Translations under genes and position numbers: made by a program
In this document: positions 12,857 to 21,294 of the stretch, piece after piece
How the letters are laid out: every line of letters starts with the position of its first letter
Numbering within the stretch: the stretch's first letter is position 1
Notes under the pieces: model-generated
Seen by the model: only the letters and a program-made list of their open reading frames with translations
Database searches by the model: none
What the model was told of the DNA's origin: nothing
DNA from: Planctomycetota bacterium
GTDB taxonomy: Bacteria; Planctomycetota; SZUA-567; H5-PLA8
Assembly: GCA_038227875.1 (NCBI GenBank)
Contig: JBBRPR010000018.1
Span: forward strand, 32,001-96,000
Reading direction: 5' to 3'
Length of the DNA: 64,000 bases

Positions 12857-14974
12857 ATGGGTCAGCGCACGATTCCGGCCGGTTATGAAGAACGCGTCTA
12901 TGCGGGCGTGTTGGGCAAAATCATCGGCGTGTATCTGGGCCGCCCCTTCGAAGGCTGGGACTACGCGCGCATCATGCGCGATCTGGGTGAGATCAACTAC
13001 TACGTCCACGAAAAGCTGAAAGCCCCCCTGATCGTGACCGACGACGACATCTCCGGCACCTTCACCTTCTTCCGCGCGCTGGAAGACTTCGGCTACTCAA
13101 AGAACCTGACCGCAGCGCAGATCGGCAAAAGCTGGCTCAACTACATCATCGAAAACCGCACGATCCTCTGGTGGGGCGGCATGGGCACGTCGACGGAGCA
13201 CACCGCGTTTCAGCGCCTGAAGCGCGGCATCGAAGCGCCGCGGAGCGGCTCGATCGAACTCAATGGACAGGTCGTCGCCGAACAGATCGGCTCGCAAATC
13301 TTCATCGACGGCTGGGGCATGGTCGCGCCGGGCGACCCGGAACTCGCCGCAGACCTCTCCATGAAAGCCGCCAGCGTCAGCCACGACGGAGAAGCGATCT
13401 ACGGCGCGCAGGTCATCGCGGCGATGGAAGCTCAGGCGTTTGTCGAGCAGGACATGAACAAGCTCTTCGACACGGGCTTGCGCTTCATTCCGAAGGACTG
13501 CACGATCCGCCGCCTGATCGACGACATCCGTGAGTGGCAGGTGAAAGACAAGGATTGGCGGCACACGCGCGAACGAATTCAGGGCGCGTACGGCTACGAC
13601 AAGTTCGGCGGCGGCTGTCACATGGTTCCCAATCACGCCGTGATCATTCTCGCGCTGGCGTACGCGCCGGACGATTTCCAGAAGAGCCTGATGATCGCCA
13701 ACACGGCCGGCTGGGACACCGACTGCAATTCCGGAAACGTCGGCTGCCTGATGGGCATCCGCATGGGTTTGAAGGGCATCGACGCCGGCCCCGATTGGCG
13801 CGGCCCGGTCGCGGACCGTCTCTACCTGCCGACGGCCGACGGCGGACGCTGCATCACCGACGCGGCGCGCGAAACCCTGTCGATCGTGAAGGCCGGACAC
13901 ATTCTGGCCGGCCAGGAATTCAAAGCGCCCAAGAACGGCGCGCGCTTCCACTTCGAACTTCAAGGTTCGGTGCAAGGCTTCGTTCTGGAGCAGAGTCCCG
14001 ATACGCGCGGCGTCGCGACCGTCGAGAACACCGCCGGGCACAGCCGCACCGGTTCGCGCAGCCTGGCGATCCGCTACAAAGGCGTGGCGCTCGGCCGCTC
14101 GGCGCGCGTAGCCACGGCCACCTTCATGCCGAAAGATGCGCTGACCATGGGCGGATATTCGCTCTATTCCAGCCCGACACTGTACAGCGGGCAGGTGGTC
14201 TCGGCGGCGCTGGAGACCGACGCGGCGAACACGGTACCGGTGAGCGTGCGGCCGTACGTGCGCTTCTACGGGCAGGATGACAATCTGGAAATCGCGCGCG
14301 GTCCGGAATCGAAACTGGCCGGCGGCGGCGCTAGGGTGCTCGACTGGAAGATTCCCGAAGTCGACGGCCCGATCGCGGAAGTCGGCATCGAAATCTCTTC
14401 AGACGTCGCGGCGGAAGGTTCCGTCTACGTCGATTACCTGACGTGGAAGGGTGCGCCGTCGGTGACGCTGGGCAAGCCCAAGCAGGCCGGCAGCGCGTGG
14501 ACGCGAGCGTGGGTGAACGCCGCCGATCAGCTCTGGTTTCCGAACGCCGAACATCCGTACCGCCTGATGAGCGACTCCGGTCACAAGCTGATCAGCACCG
14601 GCACCGCCGAGTGGTCGGACTACACCGTCAGCGCCAACGTCCGTCCGCATCTGGCCAGCGCCGCCGGCGTCGCCGCGTGCGTGCAGGGCTTGCAACGCTA
14701 CTACGCGTTGGTGCTCTGCCCGGGCAACAAGGTTAGGCTCGTGAAGCAGCAGTACGGTTTGAGCGTGCTGGCCGAAGCCGACTTCAACTGGAAATTCGGC
14801 GAAACGGTCTCCCTCTCGCTGACCACGAAGGGCACGAAGCTCAGCGCGACGGCCAACGGCAAGACGCTGTTCAAGGTCGATGATGCAGGCTCGCCGTTGA
14901 CCTCCGGCGGCGTGGCGTTGATCATCGACGAAGGACGCCTGGATGCCGGACCGGTGAGCGTGCAGCCGGCGTAA
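12857..14974 (+). CDS. ADP-ribosylglycohydrolase-family protein with C-terminal beta-sandwich domains
   Basis: 'GKIIGVYLGRPFEGW', 'TDDD' and 'GWDTDCN' metal-binding motifs. AGGAG RBS. Confidence 0.85.
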   Translation: MGQRTIPAGYEERVYAGVLGKIIGVYLGRPFEGWDYARIMRDLGEINYYVHEKLKAPLIVTDDDISGTFTFFRALEDFGYSKNLTAAQIGKSWLNYIIENRTILWWGGMGTSTEHTAFQRLKRGIEAPRSGSIELNGQVVAEQIGSQIFIDGWGMVAPGDPELAADLSMKAASVSHDGEAIYGAQVIAAMEAQAFVEQDMNKLFDTGLRFIPKDCTIRRLIDDIREWQVKDKDWRHTRERIQGAYGYDKFGGGCHMVPNHAVIILALAYAPDDFQKSLMIANTAGWDTDCNSGNVGCLMGIRMGLKGIDAGPDWRGPVADRLYLPTADGGRCITDAARETLSIVKAGHILAGQEFKAPKNGARFHFELQGSVQGFVLEQSPDTRGVATVENTAGHSRTGSRSLAIRYKGVALGRSARVATATFMPKDALTMGGYSLYSSPTLYSGQVVSAALETDAANTVPVSVRPYVRFYGQDDNLEIARGPESKLAGGGARVLDWKIPEVDGPIAEVGIEISSDVAAEGSVYVDYLTWKGAPSVTLGKPKQAGSAWTRAWVNAADQLWFPNAEHPYRLMSDSGHKLISTGTAEWSDYTVSANVRPHLASAAGVAACVQGLQRYYALVLCPGNKVRLVKQQYGLSVLAEADFNWKFGETVSLSLTTKGTKLSATANGKTLFKVDDAGSPLTSGGVALIIDEGRLDAGPVSVQPA

Positions 14975-15002
14975 TTCGAAGGAAACGTTTGCCAAATCTT
15001 AG

Positions 15003-15028
15003 CGGCACGATCGGAAACGGTCGTGCCG
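15003..15028. terminator. Hairpin between convergent genes, probable terminator
   Basis: CGGCACGATCG-GAAA-CGGTCGTGCCG followed by TTCATTTTTT. Confidence 0.6.
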
Positions 15029-15029
15029 T

Positions 15030-15968
15030 TCATTTTTTCGGTGGCGGCGTGTACCGCGAATACATCGCGGCATCGAGCTGGACGTTGGCCGGGACGATGT
15101 GCTGATTGGGCTTGAGCAGCGAGCCGGTCTCCGCGGGCGTTCCGATCGTGCTTTCTTTCTCAGCGCCGCCAGCGCGAAGGTCGCTCGGCAGGATGCCGAG
15201 ATAACGCTTGAAGGCGCGCGTAAACGAGTACGCGTCCTCAAATCCCAAAGCGAACGCCAGCGACTTGATGCTGCCGCCACCGGCGCGCAGGGATTGTGCG
15301 GCGAAGCGTAGGCGCGCCTGCGTGCGCAGCAGCTTGGGCGTGATGCCGAAGCGCTGCTTGAAACGTCGGATGAAATGATCGGCGGAGATGCCCATCTCTT
15401 TCGCCAGGTCTTGAATTTCCAGCGACGCTTTCAAATTCGTACTGAGGCGCAGGCGGGCGCGCTGCCATTCGTCGAGTTTCTGGCCGCTGTCGGGAAGTTT
15501 CTTCGCGACGGTCGCGAGAATATTCAGCATCTGCCAGACCGCGCCGTTGACCCGGCAGCGGCTGGCGGCGTCGGCGTTGGGCAGATCAATGCAGAACGTT
15601 TCGAACTGCTCGCGCATGCGGTCGAACTGATTGCCCAGTGACAGGTGTTCCGGCAGCAGGCCGATTTCGTCGAGCCACAGGGTCTGCCGGTGCTTTGGTG
15701 GACGGGCCAGTTGGATGTGAGCTTCGTAAAACACCACCGGTCCATGCGTGCCGTATTCGTTCACGTCGGTGGCGCGAAAGGAGAGCATGTCGCCGGGTTT
15801 GGCGCGGTAATGGCCGGTGGGGCTGATCGCTTCGATCTCGCCGGATTTAATCAGCAGAAAGTGCGAGCCCGGCACGCGGTAGCGGTGCCACATCGTCGCT
15901 TTGGCGTCATAATACGCCGCCAGATCTACAGTTGGGTGAACTTCGTCCAGCGTAAGATATTCGCTCAT
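15030..15968 (-). CDS. AraC-family transcriptional regulator
   Basis: 'LAKEMGISADHFIRRFKQRFGITP' and 'LAFALGFEDAYSFTRAFKRYLGILPS'. Confidence 0.9.
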   Translation of the reverse strand: MSEYLTLDEVHPTVDLAAYYDAKATMWHRYRVPGSHFLLIKSGEIEAISPTGHYRAKPGDMLSFRATDVNEYGTHGPVVFYEAHIQLARPPKHRQTLWLDEIGLLPEHLSLGNQFDRMREQFETFCIDLPNADAASRCRVNGAVWQMLNILATVAKKLPDSGQKLDEWQRARLRLSTNLKASLEIQDLAKEMGISADHFIRRFKQRFGITPKLLRTQARLRFAAQSLRAGGGSIKSLAFALGFEDAYSFTRAFKRYLGILPSDLRAGGAEKESTIGTPAETGSLLKPNQHIVPANVQLDAAMYSRYTPPPKK

Positions 15969-16101
15969 ATCGATTTCAGCGGATCGCTTGCTCCTTAATG
16001 CGGGCGGGTACCCGTGGCGTTTTCGACGGCGCTGAGGTATTCACAATAGCGTAGTTGCGAGCACTTGGAAGTCGCTAACCAACCCGTCGAGGATCACCTG
16101 C

Positions 16102-16929
16102 ATGTCCGCCACCGCTGCACCCGCTGCCTCCGAGATCAAATCTGAAACTGACTACCTGGCCGGAAAGACTGTCAGTCCCGCTCAGATCCACGCGTGGGTC
16201 GATCAGTTCAATCGCGATGGTTATCTCTTTCTGCAAAATGTCCTGCCGCCGGATCTCGTCGCGGAACTGCGCGCGGATCTGGATACGGCCTTGAGCAAGC
16301 AGCCGCTGACTGGCGGAATCATTGAACTTCAGGCACGCATGTTCGAAACCAGTGCGGCGAACCGGCGGCTGTTCGATCTCGAACCGATCGTGACGTTTGC
16401 CGAAGCGCTGGTGTCGCAGGATTGCCATGTCGTACACAACAACTCGTTCCAGTCGCATCCCGGCAAGGGCATCGTCGGCTGGCACCAGGACGACGCGCCG
16501 CACTTTCTCGTCACGGAAGGTGAAGCGCCGAAGAACATCAAGCTGCCGTGCCTGCTCTTTACCGCGAATTATTACCTGTCGGACGTGACCACGGTCGCCA
16601 ACGGTCCGACGGAAGTCATTCCCGGATCGCATCTGTTTGGCAAGCATTGCCCGGGCGATTTAAAGGGCACGGAATACGAATCGAAAATCACGCCGTGCCT
16701 GGGTAAAGCGGGCAGCGTGGTGATGTTCAACAACCAGGTCTGGCACCACGGCGCACTGAACACGAGTAACACGATCCGCTACATGACGCAGATCAGCTAT
16801 GCGCGGCGCCTGATCGGACACAAGTACTATCCGTTCATGAATTACCAGATGCCCGAACACGTCTACGCCGGAGCGAACCCGCGCTTAAAGCGGCTCTATG
16901 GTTTCCTGCCTGCGGGCGCGTACGGATAA
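16102..16929 (+). CDS. PhyH-family Fe(II)/2-oxoglutarate dioxygenase
   Basis: 'FNRDGYL', WHQD, 'TEVIPGSH', 'GSVVMF...WHHG' and a distal Arg. Confidence 0.88.
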   Translation: MSATAAPAASEIKSETDYLAGKTVSPAQIHAWVDQFNRDGYLFLQNVLPPDLVAELRADLDTALSKQPLTGGIIELQARMFETSAANRRLFDLEPIVTFAEALVSQDCHVVHNNSFQSHPGKGIVGWHQDDAPHFLVTEGEAPKNIKLPCLLFTANYYLSDVTTVANGPTEVIPGSHLFGKHCPGDLKGTEYESKITPCLGKAGSVVMFNNQVWHHGALNTSNTIRYMTQISYARRLIGHKYYPFMNYQMPEHVYAGANPRLKRLYGFLPAGAYG

Positions 16930-16931
16930 CC

Positions 16932-17069
16932 GCATTGTGGATTTCGGATTGCGGATTAGATCGGCATTACTCAAAATAAAAACGGCACGCCAATCCATGG
17001 CGTGCCGCTTTATTTGGTCAGGAATCGCGCCAACCTAATCCGCAATCCGCAATCCGAAATCCGCAATGC
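16932..17069. repeat. Inverted heptamer (AATCCGC) arrays enclosing a terminator hairpin
   Basis: 16932-16959 GCATTGTGGATTTCGGATTGCGGATTAG is the near reverse complement of 17035-17069 CTAATCCGCAATCCGCAATCCGAAATCCGCAATGC. Confidence 0.85.
16974..17015. terminator. Bidirectional intrinsic terminator
   Basis: AAATAAAAA-CGGCACGCCA-ATCCA-TGGCGTGCCG-CTTTATTT between convergent genes. Confidence 0.75.
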
Positions 17070-17074
17070 AGTTC

Positions 17075-17542
17075 TTACTCTTTGATTCCCAGGAGCGTCT
17101 TGATCTTATCCCAGGCGAGCGTGCGGGCAGACTCGTATTTCTTGGCGTGAGCTTCGTCTTTGGTGCTCCAGATCTGCTGCAGTTCCGAACCCTGCGTCTT
17201 GAGCAGCGAGATGATGGTCAGGAATTCCTGCATCGTCTTCTGGTCGTCGGCGCTCAGCTTGTCGCTCTTGGCCACGGCGGTCAGCTGCTTGGTGATCGTG
17301 TCGGCCAGTCCCAATACGGAACCGAGCAACTGCTTGGCGGTGTCCGGTTCCATCGACTTGTTCGCGACGCTGTCGCCGATCATGCCGATGTTCAGGTACG
17401 TCTGGTAGACATACGCTGCCGACAGTCCGCCGATGGCTTCAACGACAGCGGTATCTTCCGCCGCGCGTACCTGCTGCACGCCGCTGAATAGCGGAATACA
17501 AAGCGCCAGGGCCAACACACCTTTTGCTGCAAAACGAATCAT
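17075..17542 (-). CDS. Secreted, probably all-helical hypothetical protein
   Basis: Signal peptide ending VRA-AED, AGGAGG RBS and amphipathic helices. Confidence 0.75.
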   Translation of the reverse strand: MIRFAAKGVLALALCIPLFSGVQQVRAAEDTAVVEAIGGLSAAYVYQTYLNIGMIGDSVANKSMEPDTAKQLLGSVLGLADTITKQLTAVAKSDKLSADDQKTMQEFLTIISLLKTQGSELQQIWSTKDEAHAKKYESARTLAWDKIKTLLGIKE

Positions 17543-17857
17543 CGAAATCCTCCTGAAATCCCAAAGTAGCCCGACACCTCGCGGCGGCGCAGTATCTACT
17601 GCCCCCCTTCACGCGCGAGAGAGCATAGAGGGAAGATCTTCGTCTTCCAGAGTGAATTAGGGCGAGGAAGGGTCGGCTAACCTTTGTGCCTTTGGGCACA
17701 AAGGTTCCACACGTACAACAACCCTGCACCTTGTTCAGTGGAAAAGAGCAAAAGATCAACCGAATCACGCATGGCTTGTTGGACATCCTATATGTTAAAC
17801 TTAGGTCGTGACAATGACGCTTTGACCTAACTTTCCAAGGCCGCGGAGACTAGAGAC

Positions 17858-18682
17858 ATGAAATTAAACGAGCAGCAGATGAAGTTCTTCCACACCTTCG
17901 GTTTCATCGCCTTGCCCGGACTGCTGAACGACCGCATCGGCAAGACCATCGATGCGTTCGAAGAAACGTGGAAATTGAATGGGGGCGGCCACAACGGCAA
18001 GCCGCACGACGGCAAGAATCGCTCCTGCATCGGCATGTACCAGACCAAGGAAATCTGCTCGCTATTGGACGATCCGCGCCTGGTCGGGATTGCGTCGAGC
18101 ATCCTGGGCGACGACTACAACTTTATGGGCGGCGACGGGAATTTTTACGTCGGCGACACCGGCTGGCATTCAGACGGCTGGCACGCCAACGTCATGCATA
18201 TCAAAATCGCGTTCTACCTCGACCCACTCACGAAGGACACCGGCTGTCTTCGCGTCATTCCCGGCAGCCACAAAGTGAAGGACGAATTCGCGCAGGAACT
18301 CCAGAACGATCTCGGCCGCTCAAAAGATTCGTGGGGCATGCTGGGCAAGGAAGTCCCGGCCATTCCGCTGGAGACCAAGCCCGGCGACGTGGTGATCTTC
18401 AATCACAACACCAAGCACGCGGCGTTCGGCGGCGGACACCGGCGGCGCATGTTCACCATGAATCTCTGCCAGCAGTATCCCCCGCACCTCATCCATGAGC
18501 TCAAGTCCTACGTCGAAGGCTGGTCGCGCTTCTGGGCGATGGAACCTTACCAGCCGGCGGTGCTCGCCGACGCCGGTCCGGAACGGATGAAGCATCTCAA
18601 TCAGCTCCTGAACAACTTCGAGCATGTCCGAGTCCTGAGCCGCAAGCGGATGGAGACGGAGCTGGAGCCGGCAAGGGGCTGA
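17858..18682 (+). CDS. PhyH-family Fe(II)/2-oxoglutarate dioxygenase
   Basis: 'FFHTFGFI', WHSD, 'GCLRVIPGSH' and 'PGDVVIFNHNTKHA'. Confidence 0.88.
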   Translation: MKLNEQQMKFFHTFGFIALPGLLNDRIGKTIDAFEETWKLNGGGHNGKPHDGKNRSCIGMYQTKEICSLLDDPRLVGIASSILGDDYNFMGGDGNFYVGDTGWHSDGWHANVMHIKIAFYLDPLTKDTGCLRVIPGSHKVKDEFAQELQNDLGRSKDSWGMLGKEVPAIPLETKPGDVVIFNHNTKHAAFGGGHRRRMFTMNLCQQYPPHLIHELKSYVEGWSRFWAMEPYQPAVLADAGPERMKHLNQLLNNFEHVRVLSRKRMETELEPARG

Positions 18683-18694
18683 TCGGAGTCTTAT

Positions 18695-18769
18695 TCTCAC
18701 GCAAAGCCGCAAAGACACTAAGAACGGCGGGATTCGGGATTCCCGCTGTTCTTATGTCTTTACGCGAGA
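18695..18769. repeat. Palindromic MITE/REP-like element, short copy
   Basis: TCTCACGCAAAGCCGCAAAGACACTAAGAAC... folds back on TCCCGCTGTTCTTATGTCTTT. Shares 30 of its first 31 nt with the element at 21133. Confidence 0.8.
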
Positions 18770-18788
18770 TCAAAACAAGGAACTAGAA

Positions 18789-19427
18789 ATGAACAACATC
18801 ATCGATCTAATGTGCGACGTCGGCGTGCTTCCTGTGTTTCGGACGAATGAGACGCAGAAGTTGATTCCCGCGTCGCTCGCTCTCTTCAAGGCAGGCGTGC
18901 GCGTGATGGAATACACGCTGACGATGCCCAAGGCGCTGGCGTCGATCGAACACGCGGTCGCGGAGCTGCCGCCGGAGATCATCCTCGGCGCGGGGACGGC
19001 GCTGGATGGAGAATCGGCACGGCTGGCGATCCTGGCGGGCGCGAAGTTCGTGGTTTCACCGGGGCTTTCTCCGGAGGTCGTCGAAATGTGCCACCGCTAC
19101 GGTGTGCCGACGGTCGCCGGCGCGAGCACGCCGACGGAGATCATGAACGCGCTGAAGCTGGGCGTGCGCATGATCAAGATTTTCCCGGCCAATTCGCTCT
19201 CGCCGGCTCACATTTTCGATCTGAAGGCGCCGTTTCCCCAAGCGCAGTTCATGATCGCCGGCGGCATCACGCTGGAGAACGTGGGCGCGTACATCAAGGC
19301 CGGCGCGGACGTGGTGACGATCGGCGGCCATTCGGTCGATGCCGCGGCGTTTGCGAGCGGTGACTACGCGGGAATTACGCGGACGACGAAGAATTTTATC
19401 AGCGCGATCGCGCAGGCAAGGAAGTAG
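18789..19427 (+). CDS. eda: KDPG/KHG aldolase
   Basis: 'MEYTLT', 'GAGT', 'GAKFVVSP', 'TPTEI', catalytic Lys in 'KIFPA' and 'GGITLEN'. Confidence 0.85.
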   Translation: MNNIIDLMCDVGVLPVFRTNETQKLIPASLALFKAGVRVMEYTLTMPKALASIEHAVAELPPEIILGAGTALDGESARLAILAGAKFVVSPGLSPEVVEMCHRYGVPTVAGASTPTEIMNALKLGVRMIKIFPANSLSPAHIFDLKAPFPQAQFMIAGGITLENVGAYIKAGADVVTIGGHSVDAAAFASGDYAGITRTTKNFISAIAQARK

Positions 19428-19465
19428 GCGCGCGTACGTTCCGGCGCGGTTTCAAGCCCCTTCGC

Positions 19466-19500
19466 AAAAAAACTCGCCGCTGAATGCGGCAAGTTTTTTT
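19466..19500. terminator. Bidirectional intrinsic terminator
   Basis: A7-CTCGCCGC-TGAAT-GCGGCAAG-T7 between convergent genes. Confidence 0.75.
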
Positions 19501-19531
19501 CTCAGTCCCCAGTCCTCAGTCCTCAGTCCTC
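19501..19531. repeat. Heptamer tandem repeat (CTCAGTC) x4
   Basis: CTCAGTC CCCAGTC CTCAGTC CTCAGTC CTC. Confidence 0.85.
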
Positions 19532-19534
19532 GCC

Positions 19535-20641
19535 TCACCGCACGGTTCGCTTGCGGTTACGGATGTAATCGACGAGCAGGAACTGGCCAAGCTTGCCCAG
19601 CGCGGTGTAATAAGCGCGGCCGCGGTTGGTTTCGGTGAGTTCCTCGACGAATTCCACCAGCGGCGGGTCGTCGGTGACCATGAAGGTCGTGATTGGAATG
19701 TTCTTACGCCGGCACATCGCACCTTCTTCGAGCGTGCGGTTGACGATGCGCGGGTCGAGCCAGTACCCGGAGTTCTTGTAGCGACGGCCGCCTTCATCGA
19801 GCACCGTGGGTTTGCCGTCCGTAATCAGGAAGATCTGCTTGTTGGCGGAGCGGCCGCGCATCAGCAGCTTGCGCGACAGTTCCAGCGCGGCCTTGGTGTT
19901 GGTGTGCCAGCGGCCCCAGTTCAGAAATGGAACTTTGTCGAGCGGGATTTCGAACGCGTCGTCGCCGAAGGCGATGACGTGGAGTTTGTCTTTCGGGTAG
20001 CGCGTCTTGATCAGTTCAACGAGCCCCAGCGCGACCTGGCGCGCGGGCGTCATGCGGTCTTCGCCGTAGAGGACCATCGAGTTGGAGCAGTCGACGCACA
20101 GGGCCGTCGCGCAGGACGTGTTCATGTCCGTTTCGTGCACGGCGATGTCAGATTCCTTCACGGAGATGCCGTCTTCGCCGTCGGCCAGGGAGCGGCGCAC
20201 GGCGTTGTTGAGCGTGTCGGTCGGTGAGATCGACCAGAGTTCGTCGCCGAATTCGTAGGGTCGCGTTTCGGGCTGGCGTTCGAAGCCGGGACCCGAGGCG
20301 CTGCTGCGGTGGTCCCCCGGCCCGCCCTTCTTTAATCCGCCGAAGATTTCGTTCAGCGCATCGACGCGGAGCGCCTTCGCGCCCTTGGGCGTGAGTGTCA
20401 GCTCGCCGGGCGTTTTCTCGGTGACTTCGCCCTTCTGTTTGAGCATGTCCTTGAACGATTCGAGATTGATCTTCTCGTCCCAGATGTCGTGCTTCTGCGC
20501 GATATAATCGAGCCATTCGAGCGCCTGGTCGACGTCGCCGGCGGACTTGGCCAGCAGCGAACGGAAGAGCTTCATCAGGTCCTGTAGCTTCTGCTCGCGC
20601 GCCTCCGCTTCGTGGTCCCAGGAACCGTATTGAAAGCGCAT
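19535..20641 (-). CDS. vWA-domain protein
   Basis: MIDAS DCSNS...TNT...ITDGKP and the 'RPYEFGD' motif typical of AAA-associated vWA proteins. Confidence 0.85.
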   Translation of the reverse strand: MRFQYGSWDHEAEAREQKLQDLMKLFRSLLAKSAGDVDQALEWLDYIAQKHDIWDEKINLESFKDMLKQKGEVTEKTPGELTLTPKGAKALRVDALNEIFGGLKKGGPGDHRSSASGPGFERQPETRPYEFGDELWSISPTDTLNNAVRRSLADGEDGISVKESDIAVHETDMNTSCATALCVDCSNSMVLYGEDRMTPARQVALGLVELIKTRYPKDKLHVIAFGDDAFEIPLDKVPFLNWGRWHTNTKAALELSRKLLMRGRSANKQIFLITDGKPTVLDEGGRRYKNSGYWLDPRIVNRTLEEGAMCRRKNIPITTFMVTDDPPLVEFVEELTETNRGRAYYTALGKLGQFLLVDYIRNRKRTVR

Positions 20642-20673
20642 CGCGTTCTCCTTTTCAGCAGGCTCATTGCCCG

Positions 20674-21024
20674 CTATTCAGCGGGTTCAATGGTCGCGGA
20701 CATGCTTCCAGTCGAATTGGGAATCAGCGGATCGCGCCCGAACGCGCGGATCTGGTCGCGCTTCAGTTCAGCGCGTTCCAGCGTGGTCGTGTCGACAATG
20801 GTCACGCCAGTCTGATCGACTTCGCAGGCATGCTTGTACGCCTGTTCGTGATTCTTGCCGAACAACTGCATCAGCATGGCGATGACATAATTGTACGAGT
20901 GCGTGTCGTCGTCGTGAAGGATGACGTGATAGAGCGGTGCCTTGCGCGCGATCGGATCGGCCGGCGCGGGGAGCAACTGGGTGCCGGGCTTGCCAGGTTT
21001 GCTTGAGGGTTTTTCTTCAGCCAT
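20674..21024 (-). CDS. clpS: N-degron adaptor ClpS
   Basis: 'YHVILHDDDTHSYNYVIAML', 'EVDQTGVTIV' and 'ATIEPAE'. Confidence 0.88.
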   Translation of the reverse strand: MAEEKPSSKPGKPGTQLLPAPADPIARKAPLYHVILHDDDTHSYNYVIAMLMQLFGKNHEQAYKHACEVDQTGVTIVDTTTLERAELKRDQIRAFGRDPLIPNSTGSMSATIEPAE

Positions 21025-21132
21025 GGTGTTTCCGCGTTTTCGGAGCGTACGCAAGGAAGCATACCCCGTTATCCGCGTTTGTCGATTCGGCGGGAGAAGT
21101 TTTCATGCCCTTTGAATGAACAACGCGTCTGG

Positions 21133-21271
21133 ATCTCACGCAAAGCCGCAAAGACGCTAAGAACTGCAACTGCGGGAATCGGGAATAGGCACTCGAGATT
21201 CGCCGCGTATCTGCATGGGCGGGCGAATCCCGATTCCCGAATCCCGCCGTTCTTTGCGCTTTGCGTGAGAT
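21133..21271. repeat. 139-bp palindromic MITE/REP-like element, long copy
   Basis: Terminal inverted repeats ATCTCACGCAAAGC(C)GCAAAGA / TCTTTGCGCTTTGCGTGAGAT. Inner pairs GCGGGAATCGGGAAT / ATTCCCGAATCCCGC and GATTCGCC / GGCGAATC. Confidence 0.82.
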
Positions 21272-21294
21272 TGAAAACCGATAGCTTTACGTCC

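Noticed and set aside
21079..21294. N-terminal extension of the first nucleotidyltransferase
   Set aside because: It translates the palindromic repeat element and is not protein-like.
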